64,000 bases of DNA from Nitrososphaeraceae archaeon (GTDB taxonomy: Archaea; Thermoproteota; Nitrososphaeria; Nitrososphaerales; Nitrososphaeraceae): positions 64,001 to 128,000 of the forward strand of contig DATGZA010000011.1 of the NCBI GenBank assembly GCA_035297365.1. Reading direction: 5' to 3'. Positions 53,780 to 63,843 of the stretch are shown piece after piece. The notes beneath the pieces are model-generated. The model made no database searches. It was not told the origin of the DNA and saw nothing but the letters and a program-made list of their open reading frames with translations. Every line of letters starts with the position of its first letter. Position 1 is the stretch's first letter. Both the position numbers and the translations under genes were made by a program.

Positions 53780-54205
53780 TTATTTTCTGATGGCAGTTTT
53801 ATTTTCTGCGGATGGTTCAAGTCCTATTTTATCGACTAAAGAACAATGATGTTCTGCCTCATATTTTCCATCTGAACTTGTTACATAGACATCACATTCA
53901 CCGAATACACCAGATAGTTGTTTTTCCCATGTAGGACTCTCGGTATTAGGGATGGATATCTTTATCGTATACCAAATGTATTCAGTACCTGCTTCACAAG
54001 TCGAATTAAATTTAGCATCACAATGAGGTGGATCCACTGGAACTTCCATCCATAATTCTGCAGTATTATTACTCAAGTTATGCAATGTCATATGTGTGGA
54101 TGCGGCATAGATATTTTGAGTCAATACAAAAGTTGTTCCACTTATTGCAGCAATTAATATTAACATGAAGACTAAATTTTTCTTAATTAGAAATGGTTTC
54201 GTCAT
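53780..54205 (-). CDS. Secreted hypothetical protein
   Basis: Signal-peptide-like N-terminus, 4 Cys. Confidence 0.65.
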   Translation of the reverse strand: MTKPFLIKKNLVFMLILIAAISGTTFVLTQNIYAASTHMTLHNLSNNTAELWMEVPVDPPHCDAKFNSTCEAGTEYIWYTIKISIPNTESPTWEKQLSGVFGECDVYVTSSDGKYEAEHHCSLVDKIGLEPSAENKTAIRK

Positions 54206-54211
54206 TTTCAG

Positions 54212-54454
54212 TTAATCTCTTTTGAATTTCTTTGATTCTTCTTCTGTTACTTTAAAAAAGACGGTATGACCATCAAAACTGTCTACTAAGTTTTTAGGAA
54301 TATAAAATTTGTCTTTGTCTACAGTGCCTTTTTGTGTTATTATATAGTCTGCACCAACGTCTTGAACTTCTCCAAGATTTGCATCACCTAACCCTCTTGC
54401 TTCTTTTTTAATGATATCTGCAGAATTATATCGAGTGTTTTTTTCACTTGACAT
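54212..54454 (-). CDS. Small PRC-barrel-like protein
   Basis: KKEARG...LGEVQDV...YIITQKG...FYIPK..V..FDG. Confidence 0.7.
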   Translation of the reverse strand: MSSEKNTRYNSADIIKKEARGLGDANLGEVQDVGADYIITQKGTVDKDKFYIPKNLVDSFDGHTVFFKVTEEESKKFKRD

Positions 54455-54592
54455 ATATTAATAAGTATTACATTTTATATAACTATTTTATTTTAAAATC
54501 TACAAATATGCTACACAAAAGAAAATGTTGTAATTAACTAATATAATATTAAAAACTTTGTATCTTTACGTATATTAGGATTCCCTCCAAGA

Positions 54593-54853
54593 TTATGGTA
54601 CGAGACATCCTATATCAAGTTGGGTTATAGAAAGAACAAATACATGACATACTAGATTTAGAAAGGTAGTGCAATCCTTTCCAATCTGATATAAAGAGAA
54701 ATAAGAATCCAAAAAATTTGATAAAGATACATCATACAATAAATAGTGAGATAGTTGTGAAATTGTTACTACAAAAACAAGGTCATAGAAAAGCTCTAAC
54801 CAAGTTGCATGATGTTCTTCATTTTTATTTTTTTTATCTTGATTATTATCCAT
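54593..54853 (-). pseudogene. N-terminal fragment of a low temperature requirement protein A (LtrA) gene
   Basis: HATWLELFYDLVFVV.ISQL, then loss of similarity; far shorter than the family. Confidence 0.7.
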
Positions 54854-54907
54854 TTTATTTAAATAGTATTGTTCAAATTATTATTTTGATAATATTATGA
54901 AGAACTA

Positions 54908-54985
54908 TTATTTCTCATGTAGTCCGGTACCGATAATCGCGATACGGCGTATTGGTTTAGTGAAAGACATAATTCGTTTCTCCTC
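54908..54985 (-). pseudogene. Stub of a Rossmann-fold dehydrogenase (3-hydroxyacyl-CoA dehydrogenase-like) with Shine-Dalgarno-like GAGGAG
   Basis: MSFTKPIRRIAIIGTGL then a stop; locally GC-rich. Confidence 0.55.
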
Positions 54986-55615
54986 TGCGTTATATGGTTA
55001 TTGTTTTATATCTTTCTTTATGGGTATTCATACTATCTCTGAAGGCAATTCAGTAGTATGAAGTTTGCCAGCAGGTTTCCCTGCACGATCAATAATAATA
55101 TCTTATTATCCGTTCAGTTGATCTTAACACAATAGATCGACCACTAAAGTCAATCACAAACATCCCACATTCATGTATTGGAGAATGATTCACAGTCTTA
55201 TCAAAAGAAGGATCACTACGAACTGTGCAATACAGCATATGGTTATTAAGATAGAAATAGATAAGAAACATATGATATAATGAGCTAATTTTAAGAGCAT
55301 AAACTTATTGTATTAATTATTTTAGGTGGATATTGTTAAAAGTTTATTGAATTTATTTTTATAATAAAATAGAGTTATGTAATGATTTATTTTAATATTT
55401 TACCTTTTATAGGTTTTAAATCCATATTGCGTTCAAGAAATGAAAAGTAAAGCAAGCCTTTTGTATTTATGAATATGATCAATACATTCAATGAGTGAAT
55501 AAATTTAACAATCCAAAGACATTTAACAAACTATATAATACTTGTTACTGCATTAGCCCAAAACTATGTAAGATGATTTATCAATTTTATATACGATGTT
55601 GTCTTAGAAAAGTAT

Positions 55616-56086
55616 ATGTCAAATAACACTAACAATAGTACTTCAGATGCCGAAATAGCATCATCTTCTAGTAAGGAAGAAATAATAAAAGGATTAAATG
55701 AAGACTTGGCAAGAGAATATAAAGCAATTATCCAGTATGTGGTATTCAGTTCTACATTGAAAGGCGCCGAATATGGGGAAATTGCCCAACAGTTGAAAGA
55801 ACATGCATCACAGGAACTAGAACATGCCCTAGAGGTAGCTAAACAGATCGACTATCTAGGTGGAGACCCGACAATGAAAGGTGAAGATGCTGAGTATTCC
55901 CAGGATTCAAAGACAATGCTTGAGATAGACCTAAGAGCTGAACAAGAAACCATCAAGAATTATAGAGAGAGAATCCGTCAGGCTGAACGTGCTGGTGAAT
56001 TTGCTTTATCTGAGACATTAAGAGAAATTATTCAACAAGAGCAGGATCACGAAATAGATTTGAAAGATGCTCTAGGATTAAGATAA
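55616..56086 (+). CDS. Ferritin-like (bacterioferritin-type) protein
   Basis: LNEDLAREYKAIIQY, E.EHA, LGG.P, E..E.DH. Confidence 0.88.
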   Translation: MSNNTNNSTSDAEIASSSSKEEIIKGLNEDLAREYKAIIQYVVFSSTLKGAEYGEIAQQLKEHASQELEHALEVAKQIDYLGGDPTMKGEDAEYSQDSKTMLEIDLRAEQETIKNYRERIRQAERAGEFALSETLREIIQQEQDHEIDLKDALGLR

Positions 56087-56352
56087 TAAATTAATTTCCT
56101 AAATATCAATAATTATTATTTATTTTTACTCTAAAATTAGTAGTTAAATCTATTAAAATATGTAGATCCAAATGAATAAAATGTGAAACTAATAATATTG
56201 TTTTTCTCAAACACTAGCACAAAAGATTTGGCATATTGAAATAAGTTTTTTGATAATTAAAATTTTTAATGGAAAAACAAACTGACAGATTATTTTTCTA
56301 TTCTAAATGAAGTTTTGAAAAACTTTATTACATAAAATGAAGTAGGATTCAT

Positions 56353-56441
56353 ATCTGCTTGGTCCCATTTACTAAATGGGTTCAATTGTAAAAATACCAG
56401 GCTTCGAGGGCTTCGAGTATGACATGTAGTTGGGAGCGGTT
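56353..56441 (+). repeat. Dispersed site B9 (L6 + B)
   Basis: atctgctt-GGTCCC-atttactaaat-GGGTTC...gcttcgagggcttc-GAGTAT-gacatgtagtt-GGGAGC-ggtt. Confidence 0.88.
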
Positions 56442-56848
56442 GTCTGTTATTTAATTTTATTTTTTAACATCAAGAATAGTCTACACAAAATGTTAGGTCG
56501 AGGAGTGGCATTAGAATACTTATTCATCGAATATGGGTGGTTTCTATTATTAAGTATAAATATTTAACATTAAAATATTATTTTTCGTATTTCACCAAAA
56601 GATATTCTAGATTAAAATCACTTGTATTATTTACATCGTTGTAAGCAGAACCAAAGAGAGTTTTCAATCATGGTACTTTTAAAGTCTTGGTATACTAGTA
56701 AATTTTTTTAAATCCATATCTGATTATTTTTAATATCGATATTCACATAAATTATTTTAAATATTGATTTGATATCAAATTAATGGCAAAAATCAGAACA
56801 AATTATAAAAAAATATCTGTTATAATAATTTTATTATTATCTTTATTT

Positions 56849-58849
56849 TTATCCAACTACCATGTTGAACAAAGATGATATTCCATCATTGTCACTCAGG
56901 TCAATAAAGGGGTTGAATGTCAGGCCGTTGTTGTTACTTGCTCTAAAGAAGATATCTGTATCAACACCATTACTGTTATCTCTCCAAGCAACATAGACAT
57001 TGTTGCCAGCGACTATCATCTGTTGTAAATCCGATATTCCATCATTGTCACTCAGGTCAATAAAGGGGTTGAATGTCAGGCCGTTGTTGTTACTTGCTCT
57101 AAAGAAGACATCATCGTCTCCACCATTACTGTTATCATTCCATACAACATATACATTTTTTCCAGAAGAAAGTATTTGCTTGTCGTCAAATTCTTTAGAG
57201 TTCCCATCATTGTCACTCAGGTCAATAAAGGGGTTGAATGTCAGGCCGTTGTTGTTACTTGCTCTAAAGAAGATATCTCGATCACCACCATTACTTTGGT
57301 CATTCCATATAATGTATACATCATTGCTAGACACAAGCATTTTGGGTCTAAATGAATTTCCATCATTGTCACTGAGATCAATGACAGAATTGAATGTGAG
57401 GCCTATGTTATTACTTGCTCTAAAAAAGACATCAGTATCTCCTCCATTAATTTGATCCCATACAACATAGACATTGTTTCCAGAGGCAAGCATCTGTATG
57501 ATTGATGCATCACCCATAACGTTAAGATCAATAAATGGGTTGAATGTCAAGCCATTGTTGTTACTTGCTCTGAAGAGTAAATTACCACCGTTGGGAATAT
57601 CTTGATGCCACACGACATAGACATTGTTGCCAGCAGTAACAATCTGTGGTCTACCAGTCGCTGGTTCAGGGGGACTGCTGAGTTCTATAACAGAATTGAA
57701 TGTCAGGCCGTTGTTGTTACTTGCTCTGAAGAGGAAATCATCACCATTGCTTTCGTCACTCCACAAAACATAGACATTATTGCTAGAGACAAGCATTTGT
57801 GGACTAAAGGAGTCCCCATCATTATCACTAAGGTTAATAACAGCGTTGAAATTCTGTCCGTTGTTGTTACTTGCTCTAAAAAAGACATCTATATCGCCAC
57901 CATTAGATCTATCATTCCACAAAACATATACATTATTGCCAGAGACACGCATTTGCTGATCAGATGGTGATCCATCACTATCACTTATATCAATAAAAGC
58001 GTTGAAATTCTGTCCGTTGTTGTTACTTGCTCTAAAGAGAATATCGTTAGCGCCACTACTGTGATCTACCCATGAGACATAGATATTATTGCCAGAGACG
58101 AGCATTTGAGGATTACCAGAGTTTCCATCATTGTCACTCAGGTCAATAACAGGGTTGAATGTCAGGCCGTTGTTGTTACTGACTCGAAAGAAGATATCTA
58201 CATCACCGCCGTTACTCGTATCTTCCCAGACAACATAGACATTGTTGCCAGAGACGAGCATTTGCGGTAAGAAACCCGAATCTCCATCATTGTCACTCAG
58301 GTTAATAACAGGGTTGAATGTCAGGCCGTTGTTGTTACTTGCTCTAAAGAAGATGTCAAAATCGCCACCGTTAGTGTTATCTCTCCAAGCAACATAGACA
58401 TTATCATCTTCTGGTTGTTGTTCTACTACTATGCGTTGATTATTCAAATTCAAATTTGCACAGATGTTTACAAGATTTTTATTTGTAACGATATTATTAT
58501 TATCATCGTTATGTTTATGATCTTTTAAATTATTATTGTTAGTATCAGCAGAGAAAGTATCTATATCAGACTCTACTCCATTTACATTCAGGTTATCGTT
58601 GCTACAGTCAATAATTTGTTGATTGTTATTTCTTGTGGTTGGAATAGTAAAGGTAGGATAATAAGCATCTTCTTTTTCACTATAGTTATCCTCAACTGCT
58701 ATAGCATCATTCAAAACTCCAAGAGTGGATAAATATGAAATAGGAGATACTGAAAATATATTTCCAATTGTACTAAGAGACAAAATTGTTGTTAGAAATA
58801 TTATATGGATTTTCCGGTGTTTGCAACTACTATTACGATACATATACAA
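56849..58849 (-). CDS. Secreted BNR/Asp-box repeat (sialidase-like propeller) protein with a diverged CVNSNINVNG module (copy 7)
   Basis: IIDCSNDNLNVNGV...KNLVNICANLN, then nine repeats of NVYVxW...FFRASNNNGLTFN...LSDNDG. Confidence 0.85.
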   Translation of the reverse strand: MYMYRNSSCKHRKIHIIFLTTILSLSTIGNIFSVSPISYLSTLGVLNDAIAVEDNYSEKEDAYYPTFTIPTTRNNNQQIIDCSNDNLNVNGVESDIDTFSADTNNNNLKDHKHNDDNNNIVTNKNLVNICANLNLNNQRIVVEQQPEDDNVYVAWRDNTNGGDFDIFFRASNNNGLTFNPVINLSDNDGDSGFLPQMLVSGNNVYVVWEDTSNGGDVDIFFRVSNNNGLTFNPVIDLSDNDGNSGNPQMLVSGNNIYVSWVDHSSGANDILFRASNNNGQNFNAFIDISDSDGSPSDQQMRVSGNNVYVLWNDRSNGGDIDVFFRASNNNGQNFNAVINLSDNDGDSFSPQMLVSSNNVYVLWSDESNGDDFLFRASNNNGLTFNSVIELSSPPEPATGRPQIVTAGNNVYVVWHQDIPNGGNLLFRASNNNGLTFNPFIDLNVMGDASIIQMLASGNNVYVVWDQINGGDTDVFFRASNNIGLTFNSVIDLSDNDGNSFRPKMLVSSNDVYIIWNDQSNGGDRDIFFRASNNNGLTFNPFIDLSDNDGNSKEFDDKQILSSGKNVYVVWNDNSNGGDDDVFFRASNNNGLTFNPFIDLSDNDGISDLQQMIVAGNNVYVAWRDNSNGVDTDIFFRASNNNGLTFNPFIDLSDNDGISSLFNMVVG

Positions 58850-59167
58850 AACATTGCAAAAACATTTGTATATTATTATTTTGAAAAATTTCTAGGGGTT
58901 AATTTAATTTAATAGCTCATAATTAAAAATAATACTACAAAATAACAAGTGATGATGTATCTAATATGATTATGTTAATATCAACTAGTATAATATTACA
59001 TAATTAGAATTAATTTTTAATATTTAAAATGAAGCCACAAACCCCTGGTTAAAAGCGATCTTGATTTTCATCAAGTTACATCTCGTCGTCATATGACTCT
59101 CAATTTCAGTCGTTGGCAATTACAACAATTGCATCTACTTTAAAACAATATCTTCGGCATTAATAGC

Positions 59168-59238
59168 ATATTAATAAACTAATACGTAGGCGCTCAAACG
59201 GAGGTGTGTAAACTGTTTTTGACACAATTTTGTAGTTC
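59168..59238 (+). repeat. Dispersed site A11 (L3 + A, with AAAC inserted in the core)
   Basis: atattaataaact...ggcgctc-aaac-ggaggtgtgtaaactgtttttgacacaattttgtagttc. Confidence 0.85.
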
Positions 59239-59311
59239 AGAATAAGTATTTTTTTAAAGCGTAATAATATTTTGATCGAACTTATAATATTGTATATAAC
59301 TTATAATACTA

Positions 59312-59746
59312 ATGGCAGGAATGACTAAAGATGAAATCCGAAATTTTCTTTTAAAAGGCACTTTTACAGGAAAACTCGGAACAATTAACAAAAATGGAAC
59401 ACCGCATGTAGTTCCTATTTGGTATACATTAGATGACGAGGATAATATTTTATTTAATACAGATAATAATTCAGTAAAAGCAAAAAATATTAAACGTGAC
59501 AATCGAGTCCGCTTATGTGTAGATGATCAGACTCCTCTTTTCTCATTTGTTACTATTGACGGTGTAGCAGAAATAATTAGTAAAGAGCCAAAAGAAGTTT
59601 TCAAATGGGCTAAAATTATTGCTGCAAGGTATATGGGTGATGATAAAGCCGAAGAGTATGGTAGGAGAAATAGTTCAGAAGGTGAACTATTAATAAAAAT
59701 AAAACCAACCAAGGTTATTGGTCAAAAGGATACAGCAGGATGGTAA
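59312..59746 (+). CDS. PPOX class (probably F420-dependent) oxidoreductase
   Basis: GTINKNGTPHVVPIWY, K.KNI.RD.RV.LCVDD, IAARYMG. Confidence 0.9.
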   Translation: MAGMTKDEIRNFLLKGTFTGKLGTINKNGTPHVVPIWYTLDDEDNILFNTDNNSVKAKNIKRDNRVRLCVDDQTPLFSFVTIDGVAEIISKEPKEVFKWAKIIAARYMGDDKAEEYGRRNSSEGELLIKIKPTKVIGQKDTAGW

Positions 59747-59765
59747 ATAATCAATTCAACTTTTC

Positions 59766-59893
59766 ATAAATGAATTATTTATTTTATAAATTAATGAATT
59801 AAAGGTTAAAAATTATACGGGTCGTTGGTATTATAGAGGGTTCTGAGGGCTTCGAGTTCTCATTATAACAGGGTTCGACTACCGTGTATTTAG
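59766..59893 (+). repeat. Dispersed site B10 (L5 + B variant)
   Basis: GGGTTC-tgagggcttc-GAGTTC-tcattataaca-GGGTTC-gactaccgtgtatttag. Confidence 0.85.
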
Positions 59894-60428
59894 CTTTTTC
59901 TCATGATAACTTAAAAGAATATTTATCTTTACTAATACACAAACTTCCATTGAAAATTTTCTGTAATTCAAAAAAAATTAGAGTTCTACAGCAACCATAA
60001 TTATTTTCTAACAAAATTTTTATCTAAATAGTGATAACGTGGTAATACTTTAACATATATCAGAGTATAGCTAGCAATATATGCCTGAAAACGCAAATAA
60101 ACAGCGACAACAGGACAACAAACAAGAGAAAAAGGTTGTTAATCATAAAAAGAGAAAATTTAAAAGTACGTAGTTCTTTAGGATTTTTATCCTGATAAAT
60201 TTATTTTGCATTATTTATTGGTAGAGTCGCATTCTCTATCTAGTTATATTTTTCTCTAAAAATTCACTAATCTATTAACTTCAGCATTTTTCACTAATAC
60301 AACAATATTTTAGTATTACGAACAGAATTTCCAGCAACTTTAATTTGTATCTATTTTTTTAGGTCTTATTGATTTAGATATATACCTAAAAAACTCTTTC
60401 ATTAATGACTTATATCCATAATTAAATA

Positions 60429-61236
60429 TTATTTTAATGAAATCAAATTACTATTTTTATCATTTTCGTCATCATCACAATCACAACTATTACAACTTTT
60501 TGATTTAACATTCACTTTTTTATTTGCTTCAATGAATACTACTGTTAAGGCTCCTACTAATAATGCTAGTGGAATTGCCAGAACAATAGAATAATTATAG
60601 AAGACTATTCCAATAGTTTCAGCAGTTAATATACAAGCGCTTTCTGCAGTAATTAAAATAACCAGACTAGTTTTTAATATATAGTTTAAGTTTGGCTCTT
60701 TGTTTAGATATGATATTTTCTTTATGCCTTTTATAAAATATCCAAATGTTAGAAACATGTTTGAAAGAAATCCTTTATTTGATTGCTGCTCTAGCACTGA
60801 ACAACAACTTTCAATCTTTCCCTCGGTTCCAGTATATCGCCCTAATATTGTCATAAAAGTAGTAAAACCAGCAAGAGCATATCCTATAATGTATGCTAAT
60901 GTAATTCCTATTAAATTGAAACCAAATGTATACTCCAATATTCTCACCTATTTCTGCTGCCATTATGCAAAGGATTTCTATCCCTAGTGCAGTGGGATAC
61001 ATATTTTTTGTAATGTTTAAAAATAATTTACTCTTTGATTTTAGAGATAAATCTGGTAGATATAAATCTGGAGATAAAGATTTTTTTCTCAATATATTAG
61101 TATGAATAGTAATACAACAGCAAATCTCCTTAATACAATTTTTACATCGTATACCATTATTTATAATATTATTATTGTTATAATTACAATTTTCAATAGA
61201 ACATTTGCATTCAGAACAGACAATATACTTTCCCAA
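60429..61236 (-). pseudogene. Cys-rich membrane protein split by a frameshift near 60928
   Basis: ORF 60811..61236 (...AAEIGENIGVYI) joins ORF 60429..60947 (FGFNLIGITLAY...); Cys clusters at both ends and in the loop. Confidence 0.6.
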
Positions 61237-61588
61237 TATTGTATTATTTCTAATTACAAGATATTAGGTTTTACTTCTTTTTCGTCTTATAATAGTGACA
61301 ATTAAAAAATCAATTATTTACTGAATCAACTAGAACTGATGTGGATTCTTTTGGAGCTACATAAGCAATAAAAAATATGTATACTGCTATTATTATACTT
61401 CCAATTGAATCCATATTGGTATCTCAAAATACCCTGCTAGAACGCTTCCCAATCCAACAATTGAAGCAGAACCATCCATCCTTTATAGAATTTTTTGCAT
61501 CCAAATTCAAAGTTCATCAGTTTATTTTTTTTGAAATTTATGGAAAATTGCAATTTAGATATTGATTAAACATTATAACCTAAAAGAG

Positions 61589-61606
61589 CGCCCGGGCCAG
61601 GATTTG
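61589..61606 (-). other. tRNA 3'-end fragment (Asp-like), possible att scar
   Basis: Minus strand CAAAT-CCTGG-CCCGGGC-G fits tRNA positions 56-73; GC-rich in AT-rich context; no 5' half. Confidence 0.5.
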
Positions 61607-62113
61607 TATGTTCACTTCTAATCCGATATTTTGGATTCATATAATAATGTTACACAAAGGTAGAAATAAATTTTTCTTTTATTAATTGATTAAATGATTA
61701 TCATAAGTATATTTTATATTTCTCAAGTGGTACAACAACATTAAAAATAAATTAATATGATAGAACAAGTTAGATTTTAACTTGCTATATATGGAAATTT
61801 ACATCATTTGTATTTAGCTTTTTATTATGAAATCAGATACCCCCTAGAACGGATGAATACATTAGGTAAGAGGATTCGGGCGCATTATTTTTGATTGTAA
61901 TTATATAGTTAAAGTCTGAATTATCAACAAGCTATTTACATACGGCTAAAACAATATAGATTATATAGATTTTAAACTATCTTCAGTTTTCAATAAATTC
62001 AAAATAAAATTTATCATTTTTATCTAGTTCATATAAAAGAATTGTTAGATATCTTTAAATTATTGTTCACTGAAGCAAAATCGACAAAATCAAGGAATGA
62101 ATTTGAGTAAATA

Positions 62114-63763
62114 TTGGAACAACTGATAGAACTTTTAGTTCTATTGGGAGGAACGTTAGTTCTAGCAACTTTTTTTGGAATGTATTTAGCTAGAATGATT
62201 TCCTATGAAAATAGACCGATAGAAAAGACACTTGCAATAGTGGAAAGCAGATTTTATCGACTAATTGGAATAGATGTAAATAAACAAATGACTTGGAAAG
62301 AGTACTTTTTTGCTCTTTTCATAACTAACATGGTAGTTGTGGTTATAGTAGTTTTGATACTTACGTTTCAAAATTATTTACCATCAACAACGCCAGTGCC
62401 AGGTCTATCAATTGATTTAGCTGTTAATACAGCAATATCATTTATCACTGATACTAACTTACAGCATCTTGCAGGTGACCAACAACTATCCAATTTATCA
62501 CAAATGATAGCTATCACCTTTACCATGTTCGTTGCACCAGCTTCTGGTATTGCTGCTGCTTTTGCTTTTATACGTTCTTTTATAAGAAAAAATTTTGGAT
62601 TAGGTAATTTTTACATGGATTTTATAAGAATTATTTTAACCTTATTGTTGCCTGTATCATTCCTTTCAGCTTTAATCTTGATGGTGTTAGGAGTTCCACA
62701 GACACTTGATTCATCAATAACAATTACTCCATTAGAATCTACAATTAATAACGGTAATAATATAACAACAACATTAACAGAACAGACAACAACGATAGGA
62801 CCTGTTGCGTCTTTAGAATCAATTAAGCTATTGGGAAGTAACGGAGGTGGTTTTTTTGTATCAAATTCAGGACATCCTTATGAAAATCCTACTGGTTTTT
62901 CCAATCTATATGAAATGTTTCTAATGTTAATAATTCCACTATCATTTCCCATATCATATGCTAAATTAATGGGCTTGGGCAGGGGGTTATCGATTCTTAC
63001 TACAATGTTAATTGGATTTGGTGTACTATTGACATTTTCATTATCAACTCAAAACGGCCCTAATTTATTAGAAACAAGATTTGGTAGTTTTGGTAGCGCA
63101 TTATTTGATACTTCATCTTTAGCAACAAATACAGGAGCAGCTAATTCTTCGTTAGCTGGAATGTCTTCAAATTCTATCACAGCCTTTTTCCTAGCAATGT
63201 TTGTTCAGGCAATACCTGGTGCCGTAGGTACTGGAATGATGATGATGATAGTATACGTACTTTTGACACTTTTTATTGTAGGTCTAATGGTAGGAAAAAC
63301 TCCAGAATTTATGAGTATGAAAATTAGTCCAAGGGATATCAAATTAGCAATGTTCATTTTCCTCATACATCCAGCTCTTATCCTGATACCAACTGTCATT
63401 TCATTTACATCAGGAAATGCGCAGACCATAGTGGGAGAAAAAGTAACTGCAATGGGATTTACTCAAACATTATATGAATATACTTCATCCGCAGCAAACA
63501 ATGGTTCAGACTATTTTGGAACGTCGGCTGATACTCCGTTCTGGAACTGGTCTACTGCTATTGTAATGTTTCTTGGAAGATATGTACCATTAGGATTGAT
63601 GCTAGGTATAGCTGGTTCGTTTACGATAAAGGATAGAAAAGAAGTTATAGAACCAATCAAAACACAGGGACCTTTGTTTATTTCTGTATTGATTGTTATG
63701 ACATTTCTGTTAACAGCACTTTCATTCTTCCCCTTTCTTGTAATGGGGCCAATTTCTATTTAA
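62114..63763 (+). CDS. kdpA: Potassium-transporting ATPase subunit A
   Basis: NTAISFITDTNLQH, GPVASLESIKLLGSNGGGFF, HPYENP, GLMVGKTPEF, SSAANNGS. Confidence 0.96.
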   Translation: MEQLIELLVLLGGTLVLATFFGMYLARMISYENRPIEKTLAIVESRFYRLIGIDVNKQMTWKEYFFALFITNMVVVVIVVLILTFQNYLPSTTPVPGLSIDLAVNTAISFITDTNLQHLAGDQQLSNLSQMIAITFTMFVAPASGIAAAFAFIRSFIRKNFGLGNFYMDFIRIILTLLLPVSFLSALILMVLGVPQTLDSSITITPLESTINNGNNITTTLTEQTTTIGPVASLESIKLLGSNGGGFFVSNSGHPYENPTGFSNLYEMFLMLIIPLSFPISYAKLMGLGRGLSILTTMLIGFGVLLTFSLSTQNGPNLLETRFGSFGSALFDTSSLATNTGAANSSLAGMSSNSITAFFLAMFVQAIPGAVGTGMMMMIVYVLLTLFIVGLMVGKTPEFMSMKISPRDIKLAMFIFLIHPALILIPTVISFTSGNAQTIVGEKVTAMGFTQTLYEYTSSAANNGSDYFGTSADTPFWNWSTAIVMFLGRYVPLGLMLGIAGSFTIKDRKEVIEPIKTQGPLFISVLIVMTFLLTALSFFPFLVMGPISI

Positions 63764-63843
63764 CAAGGTGACAAATTATTAACAGAGAAGATAATAAAAC
63801 TAATCAATACAAGAATAACAATAAAAAAAATACATCTGGTAGA

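Noticed and set aside
2077-59893. CRISPR array interpretation of the dispersed repeats
   Set aside because: Copies are 0.6-13 kb apart, degenerate and separated by genes rather than 30-40 bp spacers; no cas genes seen.
2077-59893. Classical integron attC sites or Xer dif sites
   Set aside because: No RYYYAAC...GTTRRRY ends or long attC hairpin, no 11-6-11 dif layout, and no intact IntI or Xer gene in the window.
2077-59893. IS/MITE terminal inverted repeats
   Set aside because: Ends would occur as inverted pairs; these are direct repeats and I saw no target-site duplications. Not fully excluded without a genome-wide scan.
61588-61886. Full or intron-containing tRNA between gcgcccg and the downstream cgggcgc
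   Set aside because: No D-arm or anticodon arm can be folded; only the 18-bp 3' fragment is supported.
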